From the NCBI GenBank assembly GCA_002633005.1, contig NMRA01000406.1, forward strand, positions 190,862-254,861: a stretch of DNA of 64,000 nt. Direction: 5' to 3'. Below are positions 49,401-57,300 of this stretch, one piece after another; within the stretch, counting starts at the first letter, position 1, and every line of letters begins with the position of its first letter. The notes beneath the pieces are model-generated. The model saw nothing but the letters and a program-made list of their open reading frames with translations, was not told the origin of the DNA and did no database searches. The DNA comes from Phoronis australis. Its lineage: Eukaryota; Animalia; Phoronida. Made by a program: the position numbers and the translations under genes.

Positions 49401-52293
49401 ATGTGCATGAATCTTTGGTAAAGCGATTGCGATGTCGAAAAAATGATAGAAAATAAACCAAGGTGCAGAATAATTCTTCTGTGTTCAGCTGTAGGAAGAC
49501 CTACAACATTTGTTTGAAACAGCGCTCAATCTTAAAAAATTCCAGCATGAGAGCGTTTTATCAGAAATGCCAAGCACATACAGCGTTGTAAGACAGAGAC
49601 GTTGGCGTTTCCGTATGTCCACAAAAGTGCTTTGAGCAGTGTGTAAAAATCTGTTCATTTCGCTTTTCTACACTGACGAATACGGCCTACACAGTGTTTT
49701 AAAAAAGTCCACTTTTGAGGGCTTTTTCAAAAATTAATATGTTTGGTTGAAGCATTCAGAGAGTCGGTACCCACGTCGTACACCAAATGTACGCATTGGC
49801 TGAAAACGTATTCGCGTAAAGAAAGAGTTGCGTTTTCAAAACTCAGAGTCGCGTGTTGTCAGGACCCTACATTAATAAACTGAGGCCAAGTACAAAACAC
49901 CTCTTCAAAATTTAGATAAACAAAGTTTACGGCATACTGATTACAGGATCACTGAATCGGAGCACGTTCTTAGGCATACGTATATTGTAATATCGGTTGA
50001 ATTATATGTTATAACTGTAAATAGCGCGTACGCGTACAATAAGCCATTCACTTTTATATCTGATCACAATTGTTCCCCTACTTTGAAAACAAACAATCGT
50101 TTAGATACTTTTCGGAAAGAACGTGAACTAAAATGATAGGACAAACCCTACATACCATAGTCCAGATTCTACATCAGTTCGAAGACCGCTTTTGTGAGAA
50201 AGAAACTCTCAACAGGAGAAGTTTGTAATGACATGTAAATAAATGTAACTTTTGCCCCTTAGAGTAGACGCGAAACGCTAAGTATTGTGTTCTTACTCCA
50301 AAGGGCTCAGCCTTGGTGCGAAGCTGTTTACTAAATTAAATATACAACTTTGCGCCGTTGTGGGTAAAAACTGACCGAAAATTATATACCGGCATTGCAA
50401 AAATTACTTTTCTACAATTATTCTGCTGCCAAAATTGTGGTGTGATATTTTGCGTCAACTTTCGGCGCAATGAAGCATTGCGTCACCAATTACCCAGCTT
50501 CTTTTTCCCAGATTCTTCAACCAAACGTTCTCCCTCGAGGTTGCATAAACGTCACAACAAATGATTAGAATTGGTTTCACTTCATTATATGTTTTTGGAA
50601 TTTTTTAAACCGAATTTTAGAACAAATTTTGCTGCGATATGGTCATCATGTAATGGGAGATGTCGAAAAAAATTCTGTAAGTGGCGCGTGTCACGAATGT
50701 ACTACTTTCAAAAGACGACATAAATTTCTTTGTTACCAATGCAGAGAATTACGCAAGAAAATGACGTCGGATATTTTTCGCTTAAACGGCCTTAACGAGC
50801 AAGGTGAATGTCAATTGAGTTCCAGATTTTGCATGCACACCCGCCGGTCTTTAGCTCATGTTGATACAAGCTTCACGACGAGGTTACGAGTGTGTTTATT
50901 CGGGCTGTGTGCAATTTCGAGGTCTGTCGAAGCTCACAGTGGCACCTTGCAGTATTTTTACTATAGTCTTCATACAGCTAGCTGGCTAGATAGGAAGGCT
51001 CTAGCTTCGAAACAATTTTTTCCTCCAAAAGTGACAACAAATCCTTTTTCATGCTCCCATGATCTTAATCTCTGCGCTATGCCGTTAAAACCATTGTTTA
51101 TGTTGTTCTTAAAATAAAATTTTGTTCTACTGCTGTACCAACATATTAAGAAATTGTACAAAAATAAACAATAATTATCTGTGGTAAAGCGAATTATACA
51201 GCGTGATGAAGTGATGATCAAGAGCAATAACAGATGAGAGTGAATGCGTGCTGCTTGTAGTGAGCATTCCGCGGCATGAAAACACTTGAGGTCATAAAAC
51301 AGCCAGCATTGTATTCTTATTTCTGTGCAATTTTACTGTAAAATTTCAAATTTCTTGCTTGTTTTTCTGTATAATGTACTGTATAAAAAGTCTCATACTA
51401 AGAGACAGAAATTATACTTTCGCGATATCACTTAACGTTTAATTTTACCACGCCGTCAGTAATTTAACATAAAATTTACGTTGGTGTAATGTCACGCACT
51501 TCGTATTTGTTATTTGATTTGATTTTACCACCTTTTAATAGTTGAGTTAAAGTTGATAAACCGATGTCAAGACCGGAGTTGCCACTGGTGAACGAACAGC
51601 GAACAGCTAAACGTTTGTTTGGCCATAGTTCACCCGCTAAGTCATAAAATGGTAATTGCCTACCAAGGACATGCTTAATCCGGATTGGTCGTCTACGCTA
51701 GGCGACCACTTAGCCGACCCAAGTGCCGACCACAGAGGCGACTCAGCAGATGGCTCCCAGCCGACCGTTGTTGGTCGGCTGCTGGTCGGCTAGACGACCG
51801 AGCGACAGCTGGTCGTCAACCAATTTCCGACCGGTCAGACAAAAATTCGTGATGTACCTGCACTGACAGCCCAGGTATAGGGCTACGTGAAATGGAATAG
51901 TTTGTTACAAGCTGCCAATCCAAACCAACATTATCCATGATACACCACCTAGCCAACTGCCCCAGAACATGTAACAGGTAATGCCCAACACATCAGTACA
52001 TTAGACAGCACGTATTATTGAAGTTCTAAAATATCAAACTCTTGATGAAAGGAAAACTAAATAGCCGCTCAGCAGCACCCAATGACTTCAGTCCTTACTG
52101 AAAAGTTTGTTCCATCAGTCATGCTTCCCCCTATGTCACCAACAGACTGATTCTGAGCTCCTGATAACTGTGCACTTTCAGACAACACTCCATGGCGCCT
52201 ATCGTCCATATCCACCTCAGAAGTTGGGCTAGTCACTTCCCCATCCATCTCCAGATGACTAGGTAGCCTCTCCTTCCCTGGCAGTCCTTTAGC
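893..52293 (-). CDS. JAKMIP: JAKMIP-family (Janus kinase and microtubule-interacting protein-like) coiled-coil gene, partial, 12 exons in window
   Basis: Exons spliced by hand: 52099-52293, 48237-48362, 47070-47216, 46210-46380, 45409-45600, 41722-41847, 40953-41036, 39015-39077, 3521-3634, 2987-3139, 2561-2632, 893-961. All are GT-AG and multiples of 3, giving an open 504-aa frame. Motifs ETSFGFDED, ALERSYALLQSDVGSSVDPER, KVKDLETILESKGQDTSWVEDK and QNEVLEFRCLELE match vertebrate JAKMIP motifs as I recall them ([65 protein letters not shown]). Confidence 0.9.
1602..1753. repeat. Inverted repeat / small foldback element
   Basis: ccattttaaaagtgagcctctttttaggttt pairs with aaacctaaaaagagactcacttttaaaatgg, about 35-bp arms with about 1 mismatch in the core. 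Confidence 0.8.
2561..2632 (-). CDS. JAKMIP-like exon (DHNFTSDELNTLMVTISALDAADQ)
   Basis: Acceptor cttttctcag, donor CAG|gtattt, 72 nt open. Confidence 0.8.
2987..3139 (-). CDS. JAKMIP-like exon (VVEDLKCSPP...SLKYSK)
   Basis: Acceptor ctctctccag, donor AAG|gtaatg, 153 nt open. Confidence 0.82.
3521..3634 (-). CDS. JAKMIP-like exon (IASLEDAELKLRHELMDCEEQNEVLEFRCLELEQKYDK)
   Basis: Acceptor ttatttcag, donor AAG|gtgagc, 114 nt; QNEVLEFR-x-LELE signature. Confidence 0.92.
10106..10177. repeat. Perfect 18-bp tandem repeat, 4 copies
   Basis: (atctctcatagaatttag) x4. Confidence 0.95.
11008..11210. repeat. Dispersed repeat, copy A (related to 28503-28710)
   Basis: Shared colinear blocks aatatgg..caagt, tggtttgtagtgtg.agatgtc, tttggtaaa and gtaatcagc.tttgaaaa. 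Confidence 0.75.
12378..12580. repeat. Degenerate minisatellite, 20-23 bp unit
   Basis: Recurring gtcagttataaatgctgtat-like units. Confidence 0.75.
13650..13692. repeat. (CA)n microsatellite
   Basis: Direct observation. Confidence 0.97.
13977..14437. mobile_element. MITE with GGCC termini (PIF/Harbinger-like), decayed copy
   Basis: TIRs ggcccttttatact and agtatgaaagggcc; homologous in reverse orientation to 52392-52893. Confidence 0.8.
16349..16404. repeat. (CA)n microsatellite
   Basis: Direct observation. Confidence 0.97.
19468..19725. repeat. Degenerate minisatellite, about 31-bp unit
   Basis: Recurring taggttaggatacagtgtggatccatggaa-like units. Confidence 0.75.
21420..21530. repeat. 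Degenerate tandem repeat, about 30-bp unit
   Basis: cagtctttcttatttct...aattatgt-like unit, about 4 copies. Confidence 0.65.
22422..25564. promoter_or_regulatory. Homotypic CACCTG/CAGGTG (E2-box) cluster, candidate cis-regulatory module
   Basis: 13 exact sites counted by eye in about 3.1 kb, plus CACCTA/TAGGTG variants; TAAT-rich block at about 25350-25550. Confidence 0.45.
28503..28710. repeat. Dispersed repeat, copy B (related to 11008-11210)
   Basis: Same colinear blocks in the same orientation. Confidence 0.75.
29254..29291 (+). CDS. Candidate short first coding exon of the LRR-Ig gene (MRTNSMKDMPYF-R)
   Basis: Three in-frame ATGs, then donor CAG|gttggt. A phase-2 join to the acceptor at 32561 gives AG+A = Arg, in frame with MPLAV. 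A CCAAT-like site lies at about 29103. Speculative. Confidence 0.3.
30442..30850. mobile_element. CpG-rich MITE-like element
   Basis: Ends gccgtttacac and gtctaaacggg; internal inverted pair actgacacggagaaaattgac (30510) and gtcaactttctccgtgtcagt (about 30798-30818). Confidence 0.65.
32563..35832 (+). CDS. LRR-Ig type I transmembrane receptor (LIG-like architecture) with mucin-like stalk, about 1089 aa
   Basis: An acceptor ctatttttcag lies 1 nt before the ATG at 32563. Signal peptide MPLAVIFLLSLVYPSTS; about 21 typical 24-aa LRRs; LRRCT NPLHCNCKLSWL; Ig domain LTC...GMYTCRAAN; Thr/Pro stalk; TM helix at 35251-35328 followed by KKRK; cytoplasmic tail ending QLDYV. Confidence 0.93.
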   Translation: MPLAVIFLLSLVYPSTSFTCPTDGVVSKEYLENIPKNKKLSLNKCFPPITSITDDAFADFTQVETIDVAENLITTITDRTFAHLVNLKILHLTSNKLSEIKNTPFKELYKLEDLFLNRNEIKTIEKNAFNGLENLEQLLLDNNRITQLPDYVFAQLEYVWNLHLGDNALIRVGRNMLSGLDSMFTCHLENNQIVEIEEGAFTDNEVLDSLYLSNNKLTTVRTGTFHGLQGGLTSLSLQGNLISTIEKNAFAGLEMLEELLLSNNKIERLPDDAFWGTEGETIQSKLERLQLEENGLTDISRHAFRGLQMLEELDLNNNALRTLEDGIFSDLRKLKELNLFDNKISRISQRAFQGLDSLSRLRLHANRIEMLQKDVFNGMGQLRILILYNNKIRKIEVGAFEGLNKLQQISVQDNQLEALDTGVFEILQDVVYIYLQNNNIRTIQPGAFRGLSKLTSLNLYNNSITELKNGAFRGLDKCRYIFLYDNEIESVEDEAFYPLTRATLIRLDNNRIRQLGDRVFSKQTSCDVSLNNNLIQTLQQSTASQWPGINKIHLRGNPLHCNCKLSWLKEEYNEYTTGTRQQRYTFATCKTPFQGAIGKVDSDRFTCKAPTRPVISVDYENNTIPVRLTCTSQADPAATLTIQQGSEQVIIKQANFNLSVTENTVDYMLPQDWTGMYTCRAANDVGVTQAETVIVFPTTTAPPTTTTTETPTTTTTTTTTTTMPKTTTTVPTTTTMPTTTTTVPTTTTTTPTTTTTVPTTTTTMPTTTTMPTTTTMPTTTVATTTTTIPTTTTKPTTQSTTLPTTPEPTTPKPTTPEPPTTTIKPTPKTKAPPTRKRSTTSTPKAPSTKISKPKPKPEATSASEHLITTEASYSVLTDRPISTQPTGHSSTPFMEKYGLYIGIGSGGLLVIIVLVVFVTILVKKRKCQCCRKDKYAVPTISVIAKTEVKISATQYYDEVPTVERNSSDGNKFSIKVPYIKNAMKSDRKKKSCSMKYDSNLDLNKLNNMLSTDSNDNSPEEQNPMLPPEQHTLEKRYNLPTNIYDENQDTSEKRYSLPPTGYDQTQVNFSTFRRPTGMRKPINNEQLDYV
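34654..35040 (+). repeat. Coding ACA-rich repeat encoding (T)n-[MV]-P mucin-like units
   Basis: Repeated acaacaac...atgcca/gtacca units inside the receptor ORF. Confidence 0.9.
37700..38060 (-). pseudogene. THAP zinc-finger remnant, probably from a DNA transposon
   Basis: ATG at 38060 gives MPTKYYCCAVGCNS...VKFFAVP, resembling a THAP N-terminus (C-x-x-x-C then FF-x-x-P), followed by a stop. TRVC at about 37755 resembles the R-V-C-S-x-H-F half. The surroundings are CpG-rich. Confidence 0.6.
39015..39077 (-). CDS. JAKMIP-like exon (DTSWVEDKSKLNAANKVLLNK)
   Basis: Acceptor gtttttacag, donor AAG|gtgcgt, 63 nt. A second in-frame donor CAG|gtaaaa would extend the exon to 38997. Confidence 0.85.
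40542..40952. repeat. Degenerate minisatellite, about 5 copies of about 83 bp, abutting the donor of exon 40953-41036
   Basis: Unit cactgtacaccctctatacatgagtaaccc...ggactccct starts at about 40542, 40625, 40709, 40791 and 40867. Confidence 0.85.
40953..41036 (-). CDS. JAKMIP-like exon (MVAQLQIDLETTRSKVKDLETILESKGQ)
   Basis: Acceptor tgtttcag, donor CAG|gtaagg, 84 nt. Confidence 0.88.
41025..41381. repeat. Minisatellite, 7 copies of 51-52 bp, overlapping the acceptor of exon 40953-41036
   Basis: Unit ttgagccaccatctgaaacaaacagaccctgctggttatcaggcacctcaa. Confidence 0.95.
41722..41847 (-). CDS. JAKMIP-like exon (FAKEEFEVNYHRLAKEHVALERSYALLQ...RQTK)
   Basis: Acceptor atttcaag, donor AAG|gtgagt, 126 nt; strongly JAKMIP-like. 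Confidence 0.9.
43263..44645 (+). mobile_element. Tc1/mariner-superfamily DD37D (maT) transposon, defective
   Basis: Imperfect TIRs of about 100 bp (tcaggtgtcataaaaaag / ttttttgacacctaa) flanked by TA. Transposase relic at 43555 to about 44470 with RKRGSGR, an HTH-like region, FQQD-(37 aa)-DYAIW, WPPLSPD and GGHIEH. It has stops and an internal deletion. Confidence 0.9.
45118..45260. repeat. Degenerate tandem repeat, about 41-bp unit
   Basis: ggtgtcactgttgtacaagtatatacta-like unit, about 3.5 copies. Confidence 0.65.
45409..45600 (-). CDS. JAKMIP-like exon (EKDRRVDIL...ETSFGFDED...SHWEE)
   Basis: Acceptor gttttgcag, donor GAG|gtaggt, 192 nt; contains the FGFDE motif. Confidence 0.9.
46210..46380 (-). 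CDS. JAKMIP-like exon (KHKTEQSKRR...ALRQACL)
   Basis: Acceptor cttcttactatag, donor TTG|gtactg, 171 nt open, phase 0. Confidence 0.8.
47070..47216 (-). CDS. JAKMIP-like exon (LKRIKEMERRQRPLQDKNKR...EAKKL)
   Basis: Acceptor ttctccag, donor CTA|gtaggc, 147 nt; resembles the JAKMIP KPL-x-D/E-KNKR segment. Confidence 0.9.
48237..48362 (-). CDS. JAKMIP-like exon (LLQQHKMTEKIASLE...DKENL)
   Basis: Acceptor ttgttttag, donor TTG|gtgaga, 126 nt, heptad coiled-coil pattern. Confidence 0.88.
48428..51855. mobile_element. Non-autonomous TIR DNA element, 3.4 kb, with subterminal GCCGACC repeats
   Basis: TIR of about 45 bp: acatcacaaatttttgtccgaccggtcggaaattggtcgacgacc versus the reverse complement of the right end, acatcacgaatttttgtctgaccggtcggaaattggttgacgacc. 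AC dinucleotide on both flanks; CpG-rich interior; no recognisable transposase. Confidence 0.85.
52099..52293 (-). CDS. JAKMIP-like exon, low-complexity linker (AKGLPGKERL...DGTNFS)
   Basis: Acceptor ttttgtttag, donor TCA|gtaagg, 195 nt open in phase 0. Little recognisable homology. Confidence 0.7.
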
Positions 52294-52391
52294 CTAAACA
52301 AAACAGATGTCCCATAGGCTTAGTGTCAAGGTCATTTACAGCATGAGCAGTTAGTTGGTGAAACAAAATCCTAATGTCATCACAGGGTATA

Positions 52392-52893
52392 GGGCCTTTC
52401 ATACTAACGTCGACGCGTCGATTTTTTGGGGAGTTGCGGTCAGTATGAACGCTTAACTCTGGTCCTGCATCGCAGTTAACAGCTCCAGTTAACATCGCAG
52501 TTAACAGATGGATTTAAGACCGCAGCGTCGATGCTGCGGTGCAGTATGAACGCTAAACTCCGGTCCAATCGAAGTTATCGCCTGGTGCCACTGTTACTGT
52601 CAACAGTTACAGAATAGTGCCATCACTAATAACTACTTATTTTTGCTCTAATGATAACCAATCGATTTAAAAATGAGTTAAATGTCATTTAGCGCTGTAA
52701 ATGCTCCCAAACTGCCACATTGAAAAAATCTTAGCATGCAGCGCTACCTTGCGATAACTTCGATGACGTCAGCATCACCAACCCTTTACTTCGATGGTCA
52801 TTAACTACCGAAGCCAGTATGAACGGTCCAGTCAACTGCGCTGTTTACGTCGACGCTCCGCTCAGACCGGAGTTAAGTCCATATGAAAGGGCC
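52392..52893. mobile_element. MITE with GGCC termini (PIF/Harbinger-like), CpG-rich copy
   Basis: TIRs ggcctttcatact and atatgaaagggcc; internal repeats of cagtatgaacg. Confidence 0.8.
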
Positions 52894-53865
52894 TTAAGTT
52901 TCCAGATTTTTTAACCGTCGACCTGGGTCTGATTTATTTTTGGAATGTCCAATTGATTTTGCTTTAGGCCAGACATTTGGACGATTCATTTCTGGGAACA
53001 GTGCTGGCAGAATACCCTTATGATTCACGGCAAAGAAAAACTCCATTTGGAAGTTGTTTGTTTTCTCGATTGCCAATTAATTCGGGCCAAAGTTTGGTTG
53101 CCACGCTCCCAATGGTGAATTTTGTCCACTTGATTTTCGAAATGTTGACAGTTCAGGACAAATGTCCAAAAATAGCAAAATCACTTCTTGACGCCATAAT
53201 GACCCTTATAACCACCCAGGGCATAACAAGGTACTCAGCGGTTGCATGTACAGAAGAAATATTGACCATGTTAATCACTAGCCACACCAGTACAGTCCTT
53301 TCACACTGTTTCAAAAGCCAAGCCAAATCACACAACATGTGCATGAGTACCTGAGAGATGCAAACCAAATGAAGGGACATCACACCAGTGAAGGAGAGAG
53401 CTGTGATGAACAGCTGTTCTTGTAAACACGAGACGTAGAGAGCTGGATTAATCGCAGGTTCTAAGTTACAAGATTTGCGAGAAATCATCAATACACAAAG
53501 AACTGTTTTTAACTAGTCCCTGTAGTATTTCCTTAGAAATTGTACATTGAGCCTTGAATACGGGGATCACCTGGCTGTCCTACTAAAAGGCTTAAATTTC
53601 AGTGTAAGTTTGTGTTGTCGCTCACTAACTATAACCTGCAGCCACTAGTCTTGTTGCTAGATGACCAGAGACTTTCACCAACGATTGAATTTTCACACTC
53701 TCATATTACCCAAATTGTTGCCTAATCCTCAAAAAATGATTGTCACCAAAGTTTAACTATTTTTACAGAAGTCTATCTATTAATGAATTTTATTTTATTT
53801 ACTAAACAGCTGGGTTATCAGCTATTTGTAAACACTTGTAAAAATTTGATTGTTGGAACCATCGT

Positions 53866-54345
53866 TTAAGAGTAAATACTGGTTCATCCTAAGGACAAGT
53901 CTGAGGATGCTGAAAATGTGGTGTAATCTACAACATGAGCTGCCCTGACTGAAATGCAAGCCACGTGGGTGAGACTGCTAGGAACCTCTGCAGTAGGGTT
54001 AAGAAACACCTGAGTACATCAACCAGCTCAGTGTCAGCGATTGGTGAACACTGTTTTCAGGCAACATCTGGTCGGATAATGCTAACTTCATGGTGAGGGA
54101 TACTGGTGCAGGAAGATAAGTGAAGCGGAGGAAATCCGCACGCTCCATCACTCAACAGAGACTCGGGCTACGACCTTCCTGCCATTTACCAGAATTTATT
54201 CCCTCAGACAATCCAACAGGGGTCACATCTCATGACACAAGACATTGATGACGTAACAGACACGGCGAAGCTCCAGTCACCCGCTTTTCCACCTGACGAA
54301 GGTCTCAAGATGAGACCAAAAGCTAGAAGTTTCAAAAAACTTCAT
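53866..54345 (+). mobile_element. Penelope-like retroelement 3' fragment (GIY-YIG endonuclease relic plus 3' region)
   Basis: Frameshifted translation LVHPKDK...CGVIYNMSCPD*NASHVGETARNLCSRVKKH...SAIGEHC...RKISEA...LNRDSGYDLPAIY, typical of PLE GIY-YIG C-termini. Confidence 0.85.
54284..54330 (+). ncRNA. Degenerate minimal hammerhead ribozyme of the Penelope-like element
   Basis: CTGACGA-A-GGTCTC-AAGAT-GAGACC-AAAA-GCTA: core box and a perfect 6-bp stem II, but the GAAA box reads AAAA. Confidence 0.55.
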
Positions 54346-57300
54346 GACTCCCGCAGGTAACTTTACATTACTCAAATTCTAATGGAGACAATGGCATGAA
54401 CGTTCATTCTACTAGTAAACTGAACCTTTTTTAGTAATTGGTGTAACATTAGTAGTTACTCATACGCCAGTAATGTTTCTCATACCGAGCAAGACCAATA
54501 AATATTACACCCACCTCATACACAAATAGCAATTCACATACTAAATAAGTTACCAATACATTAAGTTTCATAGTTAGTATGGCATGCTTTCAACAGACAG
54601 GAATGGTACTGTTATAAACAAAGAACAGCTGTGTAGATCACAGAATCAACATTAAGCCATAACATAGGAGCCAGTTATCTCCTGCAATACACATAATAGT
54701 TTACCATGCACCTTGTTCTGAGGGGTTTGTTGCATAACTCATTAATGTAGACTGTGATTAGTCTGGAGATGGGTTTGATGCCTCAAGCCAGCTCTATTTT
54801 GACTGAAACCTTTTAATTATGACAAGCTTTCAACACCACCTCACCAAGTATGATTAAGTGGACCATGTTGAATGTAGGGCATTTCCGCCTATAAATTACT
54901 TGAAATGAACAAATGGATAATCAGGCACACATTCTGTAGCTAAAACCAGGCACACAGACACTAAATTGTAGTCTCATTAGCACCTGTAGAAGAATATTGA
55001 AGATCAAATACCTCACTCGGTTATACAATTTTTAAGACATGTCTGAACGAAAAGTTCAACAGTAGTTATTTGGTTATAGATGCTCTCATATAAAAATGAC
55101 CTTTCTGGCAAGTTTCGCTTTCCTAAAGAAAGGTTTTCTTAAATTGAAGAGATTTTACCATTAGTGCCAGCAGGGTATAATATCCTTAGATGAGTTTATA
55201 ATGTTAATGAATCAAGTTTGAAGCCAACTTTATTAACAAAGTAACCTCACCACCTTGGTCTCATTATGGCCAGGAACAACATGTTAGAAGACCTACCTTT
55301 CACAACATGAGAACATCAACAACAAAACCAGCAGGCGGTAAGAGAGAGAGATCATAGGTATGCAGATAAGAACAAGGTCTATAGAATGTCTTAACTAAAA
55401 CCCTCTAGGTATGAAGAACAGAATATGAAGACTGATCAGCCAAACAACTCACTTGTGATGAGACGTTATGATAGTCTTGCTCCAATGACTGTCATCAACA
55501 CATTATACAAAACTATACAAAATATAACAAATGAGGAATCCAGTGTCATGGAAATAATGTCCCAGCGACCAATCAACATTAGACTCAAAAATTCATAATG
55601 CATTTCCGAAGCCAACTTTGTCAATAGGGTATAATTAATCACTGGAAATGAAGATAGCCCCTCAACAAGGCACCAGTGCCTGATGTACCCCTAGGGCTGT
55701 TGCAACCAGCTTTTCAACCCCCCCCCCCCCCAGCCCTTGACCAAAAACTCCTCATAGAGACTAGTCTATGAGAGCACACACTACACTACACATTTGACAA
55801 TCCAATCATACAGGGATGTGGCCATGGGTGTTCACCACTCCTGTCAGTTTAAGCAGGCAACAGTAACTAAAACAGTACACCTCTCACTTGTTCCAGTCCA
55901 TTAATGCTTTTGACATCCATACCAGTAAACACTTGTCCCACAAACCAACATATAACTTCAGAGCTCGAATAAGGCAACAGAAATCTTTAAATACACCTCA
56001 GCACTCAATATCCCAATCCACCAACCTAAGCATACAGTTTCTGCAGTTATAAATGGGCTATAAATTATCTATCAACAACTACCTAGAAATCCCAAGTCAG
56101 TGTCTGAGGCCTCTAGATCAAACAAGCTATCAACACCCAACACAAGTTTATCTCAGAACAAACAGGGTTGAGGTGACATTAGGGCAATAGGGTTATGTTT
56201 CTCTCTTGACATGAATACATGTACAGATTACTAAAATGCATTTAAAACAAAAATTACTATTGGCATAGAACAGTGATTACAATATGGCCTGTATTTAGGA
56301 CAAACCTTTGTATAATTTTATCAAGTTAATAGTAGTCAAGATTTCACCAAAGCTTACCAACAGTTTTGTTTTACATGACAACATTAATATGATTAAAAAA
56401 TATTAACTAGGAAAGACAACTTAGCCAAGCGCATGTCTATGAAATACCACTGAAGGTCAAAATCACTATGTTAATGTCTTCAGTACAGAGATTTCTAGTA
56501 CAAAATGCCCTCTGGGCTAAATGGTAATAACAGATATCTGTAACTTGATTGCAGGCGCTTCTGTCTGAATAGAATTAAGCAGTCGCATTTGAAAGGAATG
56601 GTGAGGAATGATGGAAAATTCACATTAAGGAGATAATAAAATGACCAGTTATGGTCATCCATGTAATATACTTGGAATTTACGATCATAATTAGAGTCAC
56701 TTAATTTTCTCTCACAAAATGTTGCATTGGCTCGTGAACAACTGCTAACATCTACCAGTCTGTTTTTAAAGTTAAGAGTTTGAAGAATCATATCATTAAT
56801 GTCTCAGCACAGTGACAACAAATCACAAACTGGCTAAAAAGGCAAGCATTCAACAGTTACTTGTGCTGGCACCTGGTGGCCTAATTTACCCCACAACTGC
56901 TGAAGTGTTCATTTATAAGTACCTCTCCAGCCAGACACAGAGGATACACATGCCAGTGTAAATAAACCAATTTACCACAGAGAGTGAACCCAGACAGAAC
57001 ATGCTTTGACAACAATTCTGGCTTTAAAAGCCACTTAAGTGGTGTAGAAACTAACTGTTGGTGAAAATGAACAGTTCATTTGCCTGACTAATAAGATACT
57101 GTTTTCGCCACTGAAAACTGTTGGCATTTTCACCTGAACACAGTAGGAATGACCATGAAGAGGCTTACCAATACCATGATTAATGTCAAGTTCTGCTTGT
57201 GAATCAGACACATTAATGGTGATCAAGCAAGACCAGGACATTTGTCATGGTGCTGGTTGAACTCAGAGGTGGAGGAATCACAAATTAAGGGGTTGTCAAT

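Noticed and set aside
50629-51117. 162-aa plus-strand ORF inside the TIR element
   Set aside because: Non-ATG start and no recognisable domain or transposase motif.
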